NCBI GenBank assembly: GCA_951812825.1
Contig: OX638324.1
Coordinates: 2,203,141 to 2,267,140, forward strand
DNA from: an uncultured Dehalococcoidia bacterium
Lineage (GTDB): Bacteria > Chloroflexota > Dehalococcoidia > Lucifugimonadales > GCA-2712585
DNA length: 64,000 bases
Direction: 5' to 3'
Shown: positions 28,693 through 38,503 of the stretch, in pieces
Layout of the letters: each line of letters opens with the position of its first letter
Numbering within the stretch: the first letter of the stretch is position 1
Notes under the pieces: generated by a model
Told to the model about the DNA's origin: nothing
What the model saw: only the letters and a program-made list of their open reading frames with translations
The model's database searches: none
Position numbers and translations under genes: made by a program

Positions 28693-28715
28693 TTGAGGTG
28701 AGGGTGAATCTCTTC

Positions 28716-29666
28716 CTACACTAACCTTATCCCTCCCAGCGCCGACACCGTCCGTTCCCAGGATGCGTTGGCGTCGGGGCCGGTCAGCACCGGCGACGCT
28801 ATGATTTCCGTGACGCCGTAGGAAAACAGCCTCTGGACGCCCGATGCCACCTGCTCCCGGCTGCCGTGGATGGCCACGGCGTCGATCATGCCGTCGCTCC
28901 ACTTGCCCGACTGCGCCTCCGGGAATCCGGCGTCGACAAACATCTGGGCGTAGAAGGGCAGCGTCACGTACAGCGCCATCTGTTCGCGCACGGCGTTGCG
29001 CACGGCGTTGGCGTCATCGTCTACGGCGATGATGGCGTGGGCGACCAGAGGTGGGCAGGGCCGTCCGGCGCGCTGGGCGGCAGCGGTCATGGCGGGCAGT
29101 GCCGAGTCGCGGAGATACGCCGACGGACACACCCAGCTGATGGCGCCGTCGGCCTCCTCGCCGCAAAGCTCGTAGGAACGCCGGCGGAGGGCCGAGGCCA
29201 TGACCGGGACATCGATAGGAGCGTCGATTTCGCCTCGAGCGGTGTAGAAGCGGCCTTCGAAATCCACCTCTCCCTGTTGCAGCAGGGCCCTCAGGATGCG
29301 CAGATACTCGCGCAGATGGCTCAGGGGAGCGCGGAAGTTGACCCCGAAGGCGTGAATCATGCCGTCGCGATGGCTCGGCCCCATCCCCAGACGAAATCGA
29401 CCGCCGCTTAGCTGGTGTAGAACCTGCACCTGCTGGGCCACGGCGATGGGGTGCCGCGGCCAGGTGGGAACGATGGACGTGCCCAGCAGGATGCGGCTGG
29501 TCTTGACGGCTGCCGCAGCGAAAATCGTCAACCCGTCAGGCCGGGCGCCGCCGGTGGTGAGCCAAGCAGCGTCAACCCCCAGCTCCTCCGCCCGCTCAAT
29601 TTGGGCGACGGCTTCGGATGGTGAGCCGGTGATGGCAAGGCCTATTCGTTTTTTTGTGGAAGTCAT
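28716..29666 (-). CDS. Luciferase-like monooxygenase (LLM) family flavin/F420-dependent oxidoreductase
   Basis: LGVDAAWLTT..., SGGRFRLGMGPSH, typical LLM TIM-barrel motifs. A start at ATG 29666 is preferred over GTG 29753. Confidence 0.8.
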   Translation of the reverse strand: MTSTKKRIGLAITGSPSEAVAQIERAEELGVDAAWLTTGGARPDGLTIFAAAAVKTSRILLGTSIVPTWPRHPIAVAQQVQVLHQLSGGRFRLGMGPSHRDGMIHAFGVNFRAPLSHLREYLRILRALLQQGEVDFEGRFYTARGEIDAPIDVPVMASALRRRSYELCGEEADGAISWVCPSAYLRDSALPAMTAAAQRAGRPCPPLVAHAIIAVDDDANAVRNAVREQMALYVTLPFYAQMFVDAGFPEAQSGKWSDGMIDAVAIHGSREQVASGVQRLFSYGVTEIIASPVLTGPDANASWERTVSALGGIRLV

Positions 29667-29800
29667 GGTTTGTGGGGCCTCCGTAGGTTCATGTTGAATA
29701 ACATCATACACCCAATATGCAGGATGATTGAAAGCAGATTCTTGGTTAGGCACACTGCCCTATGGCTTCCTAGGGCAGGAGTGCCATTTCGTCGCAGTTT

Positions 29801-30015
29801 ATGGTTAAAAGATACAGGTTTACCGTGCAAGTGAATGATTGGCCAATTTCCACTGAACCAGACAAGTGGATGGCAGAAATCACAGAATTACCCGGCTGCA
29901 GGGCTTGGGGCGACACCCCGAAGAGGCTATCTACATCATCTCCGATTTGGTGGGTCACTTCATAGAGGATGGAATCGGAGAGAGGGTGCGTACAAGGGAC
30001 TTCACTACAGGCTGA
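29801..30015 (+). pseudogene. HicB-like (UPF0150) antitoxin gene with a 1-nt frameshift
   Basis: The frame from ATG 29801 reads MVKRYRFTVQV...AEITELPGCRAWGDTP, then goes out of frame. The -1 frame continues EEAIYIISDLVGHFIEDGIGE...* (stop 30013-30015). The break is at the C-run 29916-29919. Confidence 0.6.
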
Positions 30016-30077
30016 GCAGGGAGGGCGGTCCACGAACCGGCCCTACCAGACGGGTCGCATGAATCGTCGAGTTTTCT

Positions 30078-32984
30078 CTAGTCCACCGGAGCGGGGACTT
30101 GTTGGCGGGTGGGGGCCAGCGCGGCCTTGAGGTAGTGGCCGGTGTGGGAGGACTCCACCGTCGCGATGTGTTCGGGCGTCCCCTCCGCAACGACCTCTCC
30201 GCCCTCGTCGGCGGGACCGGGGCCCATGTCGATAATCCAGTCAGCGTTCTTGATCATGTCCAGGTGATGCTCAATGAGGATTATGGAGTTGCCCGCGTCC
30301 ACCAGCCGGTGCAGCACGTTCAGCAGGGCGGCACAGTCAGAGAAGGACAGGCCTGTGGTAGGCTCGTCCAGCAGATAGAGGGTCTTGCCGGTGGCCCGCT
30401 TGGATAGCTCCGTGGAGAGCTTCACCCGCTGGGCCTCGCCGCCGGACAGGGTAGTCGCGGGCTGGCCCAGTCGGATGTAGCCCAGGCCCACGGCTCGCAT
30501 GGTCTCCAGCTTGTTGCGAATCTTCGGGATGTTCTGGAAGAACTCCAGGGCGGTGTAGACCGTCATGCCGAGAACGTCGGCGATGCTCTTGTCCTTGTAG
30601 CGGATTTCCAGGGCCTCCCGGTTGTAGCGACGTCCCTTGCAGACCTCGCAGGGTACGGTAACATCAGGCAGAAACTGCATCTCCACGTGGGTGTACCCCT
30701 CGCCCTTGCAGGCCTCGCAGCGACCGCCCTTCACGTTGAAGGAGAAGCGGCCGGGCTTGTAGCCGCGGGCTTTGGATTCGGGCAGACTGGCGAAGAGATC
30801 CCGGATGGGCGTGAAAGTGCCGGTGTAGGTGGCGGGATTGCTGCGGGGAGTGCGTCCGATGGGAGACTGGTCGATGTTAATGACCTTGTCCAGCAGGTCT
30901 ATGCCGGTGACGGCGTCGTGCTTGCCGGGTCGGTCCTTGGCGCGGCTGATGGCCTGGGCGAGGCGCTTGTAGAGAATCTCGTAGACCAGGGTGCTCTTGC
31001 CGGAGCCGGAGACGCCGGTGACGCAGACCAGCCGTCCCAGGGGGAACTTGACGCTGACGCTCTTGAGGTTGTTTTCGCGGGCGCCCTTGACCTCCAGGGC
31101 GGAACCGTTGCCGTTGCGCCGGCTGTCGGGAATGGGTATGGTCTTGCGACCGCTGAGATAGAGGCCGGTGAGGGACTTTTCGGAAGCCATAACGTCGTCG
31201 ATGGTGCCCGTCACCACCACTTCGCCGCCGTGCTCTCCGGCCCCAGGCCCCAAGTCTACGATGTGGTTGGCGGCGCGCATGATTGCTTCGTCGTGCTCCA
31301 CGACGATAACGGTGTTGCCCAGGTCGCGCAGATGGTTGAGGGTGCCGATGAGGCGGTTGTCGTCAAAGGGGTGCAGGCCGATGGTCGGCTCGTCGCAGAC
31401 GTATAGGACGCCCGTGAGGCCGGAGCCTATCTGGGTGGCGAGCCGGATGCGCTGGGCCTCTCCGCCGGAGAGGGTGCGGGCGGACCGGTCAAGGGTGAGG
31501 TATCCCAGGCCGATGTCTTCCAGGAACTGAAGGCGGCTGAAGATCTCCTTGAGAATCGGTCGGGCGATGGCCTTCTCCCGGACCGAAAGGGGTAGGACGG
31601 CGCCGTTGGTTGAACTCTCAGAGGCAAGAGCGTTTGCCCACTGGAGGGCCAGGGTGACGGGCTGAGCGCACACGTCCATGATTCCCCGTCCGTCGACTTT
31701 GACGGAAAGGGCCTCGGGCCGCAGACGACGGCCCTTGCAGGACTGGCAGGGGCGGGCGGCCATGTATCGCTCGATCTCGCGCCGGATGTAGTCGGAGTCC
31801 GTGTCGCGGAAGCGGCGTTCCAGGTTGGGGATCACCCCTTCGAAGTTGGTCTTCCAGCTGTAGACGCGGCCTCGCTGGGTGGTGTGCTTGATGGTGACAG
31901 TCTCGCCCTGGCTCCCGTAGAGAATGAGGTCGATGGCCTGCTTGGACAGTTTTCGGATGGGGGTGCTGGTGGAGAAGCCGTAGTTGCGGGCCATGGACTC
32001 CAGCATGCTGCTGTACCAGGGGCTGGAGGAGCCGGCCCTCGACCAGGGGAGGACGCCGCCTTCCCGCAGCGAAATTTCCTTGTTGGAAAGCACCAGCTCC
32101 GGGTCCACCTCCAGCTTGAAGCCCAGCCCTGTGCAGGCGGAACAGGCGCCGTGGGGGCTGTTGAAGCTGAAGGTGCGGGGCTCTATTTCTGGCAGGCCGG
32201 TGCCGCAGCGGGCGCAGGCGAACTGCTCTGAGAATTCGAGTTCTTCGCCGCCCTCGACGGTGATCTGGACCACGCCGCCGCCCTCCCGCAGGGCCGTTTC
32301 GACGGAATCGGTGACGCGGACCAGTTCCAGATGTTCGTCGATGATGAGACGGTCCACGGCCAGTTCTATGTAGTGCCAATAGCGCTTGTCCAGGTTCAGG
32401 GCCTCCGCGTCTTCGACGCGCATGACCTCTCCGTTGACGCGAACGCGGGCGAACCCCTCTTTGCGAGCTTCGCTGAACACGTCCTTGTGCTCGCCCTTGC
32501 GACGGCGCACCTTGGGGGCCAGCACCATGATTCGGGTGCCCTTGGGAAGACTGAGGATGGAGTCCACAATCTGCTGGACGGTCTGGCGGGCCACGGGCTC
32601 GCCGCAGCCGGGACAGTGGGGGCGCCCGGCGCGGGCGAAGAGGAGGCGTAGGTAGTCGTAGATCTCGGTGACGGTGCCCACGGTGGAGCGGGGGTTGTGG
32701 GACACCCCCTTCTGGTCGATGGAGATGGCGGGGGAAAGCCCTTCGATGTACTCCACCTCCGGCTTGTCCATCCGTCCCAGGAACTGCCGCGCGTAGGCGG
32801 AGAGGGACTCCACGTAGCGGCGCTGTCCTTCGGCGTAGATGGTGTCGAAAGCAAGGGAGCTTTTGCCGGAGCCGGAAACGCCGGTGATGACAACAAGCTT
32901 GTCGCGGGGAATGGTCAGGCTTACGTTCTTGAGGTTGTGCTGGGTCGCGCCCCGTATGACGATGTTTTCCTGCGGCATCTGCAC
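30078..32984 (-). CDS. uvrA: Excinuclease ABC subunit A
   Basis: 968 aa, two ABC ATPase modules (GVSGSGKSS twice, LSGGEAQR twice) and Zn-finger cysteines. Confidence 0.95.
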   Translation of the reverse strand: MQMPQENIVIRGATQHNLKNVSLTIPRDKLVVITGVSGSGKSSLAFDTIYAEGQRRYVESLSAYARQFLGRMDKPEVEYIEGLSPAISIDQKGVSHNPRSTVGTVTEIYDYLRLLFARAGRPHCPGCGEPVARQTVQQIVDSILSLPKGTRIMVLAPKVRRRKGEHKDVFSEARKEGFARVRVNGEVMRVEDAEALNLDKRYWHYIELAVDRLIIDEHLELVRVTDSVETALREGGGVVQITVEGGEELEFSEQFACARCGTGLPEIEPRTFSFNSPHGACSACTGLGFKLEVDPELVLSNKEISLREGGVLPWSRAGSSSPWYSSMLESMARNYGFSTSTPIRKLSKQAIDLILYGSQGETVTIKHTTQRGRVYSWKTNFEGVIPNLERRFRDTDSDYIRREIERYMAARPCQSCKGRRLRPEALSVKVDGRGIMDVCAQPVTLALQWANALASESSTNGAVLPLSVREKAIARPILKEIFSRLQFLEDIGLGYLTLDRSARTLSGGEAQRIRLATQIGSGLTGVLYVCDEPTIGLHPFDDNRLIGTLNHLRDLGNTVIVVEHDEAIMRAANHIVDLGPGAGEHGGEVVVTGTIDDVMASEKSLTGLYLSGRKTIPIPDSRRNGNGSALEVKGARENNLKSVSVKFPLGRLVCVTGVSGSGKSTLVYEILYKRLAQAISRAKDRPGKHDAVTGIDLLDKVINIDQSPIGRTPRSNPATYTGTFTPIRDLFASLPESKARGYKPGRFSFNVKGGRCEACKGEGYTHVEMQFLPDVTVPCEVCKGRRYNREALEIRYKDKSIADVLGMTVYTALEFFQNIPKIRNKLETMRAVGLGYIRLGQPATTLSGGEAQRVKLSTELSKRATGKTLYLLDEPTTGLSFSDCAALLNVLHRLVDAGNSIILIEHHLDMIKNADWIIDMGPGPADEGGEVVAEGTPEHIATVESSHTGHYLKAALAPTRQQVPAPVD

Positions 32985-33153
32985 CTTTCCCGGACGTGGA
33001 TTAGCTTCATTTTAGCACTATAGAGATACAAACTGTACCTCTGGAGGCGGGCGCGTTTCGGCAGAGGTCAGACTTGCGCTGGCCAAGGGGTTGGGGTTGT
33101 GCTGGCGTGTGGCGTCGCGCTGGAATGAAAGTCTTGGGAAGGCCGGCTTTCCT

Positions 33154-33708
33154 TCACCACCCGGCGCGGCTGAGGGGGCGGCTCATGGGCCCGGGGTCTT
33201 CCAGCTTGCAGCCGGACTCCGGCGCGGGCCTCATATCGGCTTTAGCGGCGTTTCGGTACCTGCGGGCACGCTTCTGCTTCTTCATCTCCTCCTCCACCAT
33301 GTTGAAGTCGAACTTGGAGATGAGATGCAGGCTGCCCTGAAACGCCAGGAACCACAATTCGGGCGTCCACCGCCGGGTGAAGTCCATGCGGGGCGCTATC
33401 TGATAGGCGTCGATGTACTGGGACGGGTTCAACACCACGTCGGGGCGGATCCCCACTCGATAAGGGTAATCGCTGCCGCCCTCCACCTTCCATAAGGGCG
33501 TATGGTCTATGTTCAGGGTCTTGGTTACGGAGGCGGAGGCGGCAAAGTACCTGTCCTGGGCGATGTATAGGATCACCCGGTCCCCTGGCGCCATGCGCTG
33601 GACCTTGCGCCGGTGCTGGGCCAGAAGGCCCACCATGTCGAAATTGCGTTTCCTGGCAATCTGGAAGTTTGCCGGACTCTTTACCACCATCCAGAAGCTT
33701 TTAGGCAT
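33154..33708 (-). CDS. EVE/PUA-like domain protein with basic C-terminal tail
   Basis: FWMVVKSPANFQIARKRNF...PGDRVILYIAQDRYFAASASV resembles the EVE (DUF55) fold signature. The assignment is from pattern memory only. Confidence 0.5.
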   Translation of the reverse strand: MPKSFWMVVKSPANFQIARKRNFDMVGLLAQHRRKVQRMAPGDRVILYIAQDRYFAASASVTKTLNIDHTPLWKVEGGSDYPYRVGIRPDVVLNPSQYIDAYQIAPRMDFTRRWTPELWFLAFQGSLHLISKFDFNMVEEEMKKQKRARRYRNAAKADMRPAPESGCKLEDPGPMSRPLSRAGW

Positions 33709-33889
33709 AGCGATTCAAAATTCCGTTTAAGGTTTAGTGAACGAACCCATTATTGCACATCGCCGGTGTTTTGTTAACGGTGGGGTCTGCCCTTGTGCCT
33801 CGGTTGATTCTGCGCTTACTATTGATACTTGGAATTGAAAAACTCCGGCTTCCTGAGGGCAGGATTGGGTTGGAGGATGGAAGGTAAGA

Positions 33890-36800
33890 GTGAATTCCAC
33901 CGAGCAGAGGGAACGTCTCGCAGACTTGCTTGAGCGGCGGATCCTGGTGGCGGGCGACGCCAATGGGACCCGCATTCAGGCGTTGGACCTCGCCGCCGAG
34001 GACTTTGGCGGGCCGGAGTACGAAGGCTGCAACGAGTACCTGAACCTGCTCCGCCCCGACCTGGTCCAGGACATCCACCGCTCCTACATGGAGGCGGGGG
34101 CAGACATAGTCATAACCAATTCCTTCGGCAGCACCCCGCTGGTTCTGGACGAGTATGGCCTGGGCCGCCAGGCGCGGGAGATAAGCGAGGCGGCGGCGCG
34201 AAACGCCCGGCTTGTAGTGGACGAGTTTTCGACGCCGGAGCGGCCTCGCCTGGTGGCAGGGTCCATGGGGCCAACGACTCGTTCCATATCGGTAACGGGC
34301 GGCGTCACTTGGGACGAGCTGCGGGAGCACTACTTCGTGCAGGCTTTGGGTCTGTGGGAAGGGGGGTCGCACCTGCTGCTGGTGGAAACTTCCCAGGACA
34401 CGCTTAACGTGAAGGCCGCCCTGGCCGCCATCGACGACCTGTCCGACAAGCTGGGGGTGGATATCCCAGTCGCGGTGCAGTGCACCATCGAGACCATGGG
34501 AACTACCCTTGGTGGACAGGATGTGGAGGCCTTCTATGCCTCCGTGAGCCACCGGAACCTGCTGTGGGTGGGGATGAACTGCTCGACAGGGCCGGAATTT
34601 ATGAGGGACCACCTTAGGACGCTGGCGTCCATCTCCCGCTTTCCCGTGTCGGTGATCCCCAACGCAGGGCTGCCCGACGAGGACGGAAACTACAACGAGA
34701 CGCCGCAACACTTCTCTCAGACCCTTCTTTCATTTGTGCGGGAGGGTTGGGTAAACGTCCTTGGCGGTTGTTGCGGCACAACGCCGGAGCACCTGAAGCC
34801 GCTCTTGAAAGGGGTAGCGGATGCCGCGCCCAGAAGGGTCTCTGAACGGCGAGCCGTTGTCTTCTCAGGGTTGGACACACTGACTGTTGATGATGACATC
34901 CGACCGGTGCTGGTGGGCGAACGCACCAACGTGTTGGGCAGCCGCCGGTTCAAGCGACTCATCCGTGAGGGGAAGTTCGACGAGGCGTCGGAGATTGGAC
35001 GCCGGCAGGTCCGCCGGGGCGCTCACGTAGTGGACGTCTGCTTGCAGGACCCGGACCGCGACGAGATGGCGGACGTTGTGACGTTCCTGAAGGGGCTGGT
35101 GGGGAAGGTCAAGGCGCCGATTATGCTTGACTCCACGGACACCGCCGTTCTTGCGGAGGCGCTTAAGCACACCCCCGGCAAGAGCATCATCAACTCCATT
35201 AACCTGGAGGACGGGGAGGAGCGTTTCGCGTCGGTGGTGCCGGTGGCGCGGAGTTTTGGCGCAGGGCTGGTGGTGGGGTGCATAGACGACGACAAGGAGC
35301 AGGCCCAGGCAATAACCCGGGAGCGGAAGCTGGAAATTGCCCAGCGCTCCTATGATCTGCTGACGGGGAAGTACGGGGTGAAGCCCGAAGACATCATCTT
35401 CGACCCGTTGGTCTTTCCCATCGGCACCGGCGACAAGAACTACGAGGGCGCCGGGGTGGAGACCGTGGAGGGGGTTCGTCTAATCAAGGAGAATCTGCCC
35501 CGGACTCGAACGGTGCTGGGCATCTCCAACGTGTCTTTCGGCCTGCCCCCCGCGGGCCGGGAGGTTCTGAACTCGGTGATGCTCTACCACTGCGTTCAGG
35601 CCGGTCTGGACATGGCCATCGTCAACACCGAGGGACTGGTGCGGTACGCGTCGATTCCCGAGGATGAGCGACGGCTGGCGGAGGACCTCATTTGGTGGCG
35701 CGGCGAAGACCCCATCGCTGCGTTCGCCGAGCGGTTCCGGGAACGACGGGTGCAGCGGCCTGAGTCTGAGCGGAAGAAAATGCCCCTGGACCAGCGGTTG
35801 TCTTCGGCCATCGTGGAGGGGATAAGAGAGGGGTTGGAGGAGGACTTGAAGGAGGCGCTGAAGGGACGTTCGCCGCTGGAGATAATCAACGGGCCGCTGA
35901 TGGACGGCATGAACGAAGTGGGGCGGCTGTTCGGCCTGAACCAGCTCATTGTCGCCGAAGTCTTAAGCTCGGCGGAGGTGATGAAGGCGGCGGTCTCCTA
36001 TCTTGAGCCGCTGATGGAGAGCGGGGAAGCCGCAACCCGCGGTAGCATCGTCCTCGCCACGGTGAAGGGGGACGTTCACGACATCGGCAAGAACTTAGTT
36101 GACATAATACTCTCCAACAACGGCTATCGGGTCATCAACCTGGGCATCAAGGTCCCGCCCCAGGACCTGATTCAGGCGTACCGTGAACACCGGCCGGACA
36201 TGATTGGGCTGTCGGGGCTTCTTGTCAAGTCGGCGCAGATGATGGTAGAGACAGTGCGGGATCTGACCGAAGCAGGCGTTGACTGCCCCGTCCTCGTCGG
36301 CGGTGCCGCCTTGACGAACCGGTTTACCCGGTTGCGGATAGCGCCGGGCCACAGGGGGGTGGTGGGATACGCCCGGGATGCCATGTCGGGCCTTGACTTG
36401 GCCCATCGCCTAGCGGACGCCGACGAACGGCAGCGGCTGGCGTCGGAACTCGTTAGAGAGACTCAGGTGATGGAGAAGGAGGAGGCGTCGCGGAGTACCA
36501 GACCCCGGACGACGCGGCCCCGTTCTTCAGGCTCGACGATTGCGCCGGTAGTGGAAGCGCCAACCCCGCCGGACCTGCGGCGACACCTGCTGGAGGACTT
36601 CGACCTCGCCGAGATCTTCAGGTACGTGAATCCGGTGATGCTTTACGTCAGACACCTTGGCTTTCGCGGTCGGTTCATGGATGCGTTGGAGGCAGGGGAA
36701 GAAAAGGCGGTGGAGCTTCGTGAACGGGTCAGGCGGGTCGAGGACGTGATGATTGAACGGAAAGACATTGCCGCCAACGCCGTTTACCAGTTCTTTCGCG

Positions 36801-37390
36801 CCGCCTCGGAGAAGGACGACCTCCTGATTCTCTCCAGCGACGGCGAAAGGGTGCTGGAGCGGTTCCACTTTGGGCGTCAATCGGGCGGCGACGGCTTGTG
36901 CCTTTCCGATTACGTGCTGTCCAGAGACGCCGGCACTCTCGACTACGTGAGCACCTTCGTCACCACCGTTGGGCCGGGGGTCCGGGACTTGGCCGCAGAA
37001 TGGCAGAAGAAGGGGGACTACCTGGCGTCCCACATACTGCAGGTGCTGGCGTTGGAGGGTGCGGAGGCTTTTGCGGAGCTTCTGCACAAACGGCTGCGGA
37101 CGGCCTGGAGCTTCCCGGACCCTGAGGGGTTGGCCAACCTTGACCTGTTCAAGGCCAACTACAGGGGCCGCCGATTCTCCTTTGGCTATCCGGCCTGCCC
37201 CAGGCTTGAGGACCAGGAGCAGCTATGGAGGCTGCTGGAGCCCGAGAAGACCATCGGGGTCTCGCTGACGGAGGGGTTCATGATGGAGCCGGAGGGTTCC
37301 GTGAGCGCCCTTGTGATGCACCATCCCCAGGCCAGATACTTCAACCTCAGTCCGGAAGACGTGGAGCTGCTGGAGTCCAAGTTCCGGTAG
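33890..37390 (+). CDS. metH: Cobalamin-dependent methionine synthase
   Basis: 1166 aa. Hcy-binding, pterin-binding and B12-binding (GDVHDIGKNLV) modules plus the AdoMet activation domain. Confidence 0.95.
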   Translation: MNSTEQRERLADLLERRILVAGDANGTRIQALDLAAEDFGGPEYEGCNEYLNLLRPDLVQDIHRSYMEAGADIVITNSFGSTPLVLDEYGLGRQAREISEAAARNARLVVDEFSTPERPRLVAGSMGPTTRSISVTGGVTWDELREHYFVQALGLWEGGSHLLLVETSQDTLNVKAALAAIDDLSDKLGVDIPVAVQCTIETMGTTLGGQDVEAFYASVSHRNLLWVGMNCSTGPEFMRDHLRTLASISRFPVSVIPNAGLPDEDGNYNETPQHFSQTLLSFVREGWVNVLGGCCGTTPEHLKPLLKGVADAAPRRVSERRAVVFSGLDTLTVDDDIRPVLVGERTNVLGSRRFKRLIREGKFDEASEIGRRQVRRGAHVVDVCLQDPDRDEMADVVTFLKGLVGKVKAPIMLDSTDTAVLAEALKHTPGKSIINSINLEDGEERFASVVPVARSFGAGLVVGCIDDDKEQAQAITRERKLEIAQRSYDLLTGKYGVKPEDIIFDPLVFPIGTGDKNYEGAGVETVEGVRLIKENLPRTRTVLGISNVSFGLPPAGREVLNSVMLYHCVQAGLDMAIVNTEGLVRYASIPEDERRLAEDLIWWRGEDPIAAFAERFRERRVQRPESERKKMPLDQRLSSAIVEGIREGLEEDLKEALKGRSPLEIINGPLMDGMNEVGRLFGLNQLIVAEVLSSAEVMKAAVSYLEPLMESGEAATRGSIVLATVKGDVHDIGKNLVDIILSNNGYRVINLGIKVPPQDLIQAYREHRPDMIGLSGLLVKSAQMMVETVRDLTEAGVDCPVLVGGAALTNRFTRLRIAPGHRGVVGYARDAMSGLDLAHRLADADERQRLASELVRETQVMEKEEASRSTRPRTTRPRSSGSTIAPVVEAPTPPDLRRHLLEDFDLAEIFRYVNPVMLYVRHLGFRGRFMDALEAGEEKAVELRERVRRVEDVMIERKDIAANAVYQFFRAASEKDDLLILSSDGERVLERFHFGRQSGGDGLCLSDYVLSRDAGTLDYVSTFVTTVGPGVRDLAAEWQKKGDYLASHILQVLALEGAEAFAELLHKRLRTAWSFPDPEGLANLDLFKANYRGRRFSFGYPACPRLEDQEQLWRLLEPEKTIGVSLTEGFMMEPEGSVSALVMHHPQARYFNLSPEDVELLESKFR

Positions 37391-37411
37391 TTGGTGGGGG
37401 AAGCGGGCAGG

Positions 37412-38503
37412 CTAGACCAGCCGACCCCGGTGGTAGCAGGGTAGTTCCCGGTCCGTGGTGAACCCCACTTGGACGCTTGTGCCCTCCGGGTAAGACTCCA
37501 GGGTAGGCTTCATGCAGTACACGATTTCTCCGTTGTCCATGATGATGGTATAGAGGGTGTACGACCCGTGGTAAGCGGAGGATATCAACCGTCCCTTGCC
37601 TTCGTCGCTGAGTTCAAAAGTCAGGTCTTCGGGGCGGGCCATCACTTCCAGGTCACGAGAGTATCTGGGCGGCGAGTCCCGCTTTACCGGCCCGGCGGCG
37701 GTGTGTAGCTGGCCGTCCGAGTAGGTGGCGGACAGAAAACCCGCGATGCCGACGAAGTTGGCGACGAAGGTTGTGGTGGGTCGCTGGTACACAATCTGAG
37801 GCGTGCCCACCTGTTCCAGGCGACCGCGGTTCATCACTGCCACGCGGTCGGCCATGGCGAGGGCCTCTTCCTGATTATGCGTGACCAGGATGGTAGTAAC
37901 CTCGGTTAGGGAAAGAATACGCTTCACGTCGTCTCGCACCTGTTCGCGCAGCTTGGCGTCCAGGTTGGAGAAGGGTTCGTCCATGAGCAGCACCAATGGC
38001 CTGGGCGCCAGGGCCCGGGCAAGGGCCGCGCGCTGTTGCTCCCCGCCGGACAGCTCGTGGGGCATCCGCTTGATCAGATGGTTCATGCCAACCAATCCCA
38101 GCACCTCCGATACCCGGGCGGAAAGTCGCAGATGCTCCATCATCCGGTTCGGATTCCTGGAGATTACGGTCTTGCGGATGGATGGAAGCCCGTAGGCAAT
38201 ATTTTTCTCCAGGTTAAGGTGAGGGAAGAGGGCGTACTCCTGGAAGACCATGCCTATCTTGCGCTTTTCCGGCGGGATGAAGGTCTGTGAGTCCGCGACG
38301 GTGCGACCGCTTAGTTCGATGGTCCCGGCGTCGGGCCACTCGAAGCCGGCCATCATGCGGAGGGTGGTGGTCTTGCCGCAGCCGCTGGGGCCCAGAATTA
38401 CCAGCAGCTCGCCCCGTGAGACCTCCAAACTCAGGTCTCTAACAGCGGAAACGCCGCTGTAGGACTTGGAGAGACCGGCGCAGCTAAGTACGGTTTCGCT
38501 CAT
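37412..38503 (-). CDS. ABC transporter ATP-binding protein (Fe3+/polyamine importer type, FbpC/PotA-like)
   Basis: GPSGCGKTT, LSGGEQQRAALARAL, and a C-terminal TOBE-like domain. Confidence 0.9.
   Translation of the reverse strand: MSETVLSCAGLSKSYSGVSAVRDLSLEVSRGELLVILGPSGCGKTTTLRMMAGFEWPDAGTIELSGRTVADSQTFIPPEKRKIGMVFQEYALFPHLNLEKNIAYGLPSIRKTVISRNPNRMMEHLRLSARVSEVLGLVGMNHLIKRMPHELSGGEQQRAALARALAPRPLVLLMDEPFSNLDAKLREQVRDDVKRILSLTEVTTILVTHNQEEALAMADRVAVMNRGRLEQVGTPQIVYQRPTTTFVANFVGIAGFLSATYSDGQLHTAAGPVKRDSPPRYSRDLEVMARPEDLTFELSDEGKGRLISSAYHGSYTLYTIIMDNGEIVYCMKPTLESYPEGTSVQVGFTTDRELPCYHRGRLV

Noticed and set aside
33709-33889. Possible SAM, SAH or cobalamin riboswitch upstream of metH
   Set aside because: I could not find a B12 box, an S-box or SAM-II-like conserved cores in the 180-nt spacer. 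No claim is made, and a covariance-model scan would be needed to be sure.
33734-34711. 325-aa minus-strand ORF opposite the 5' part of metH
   Set aside because: It is an antisense artefact inside a certain CDS.
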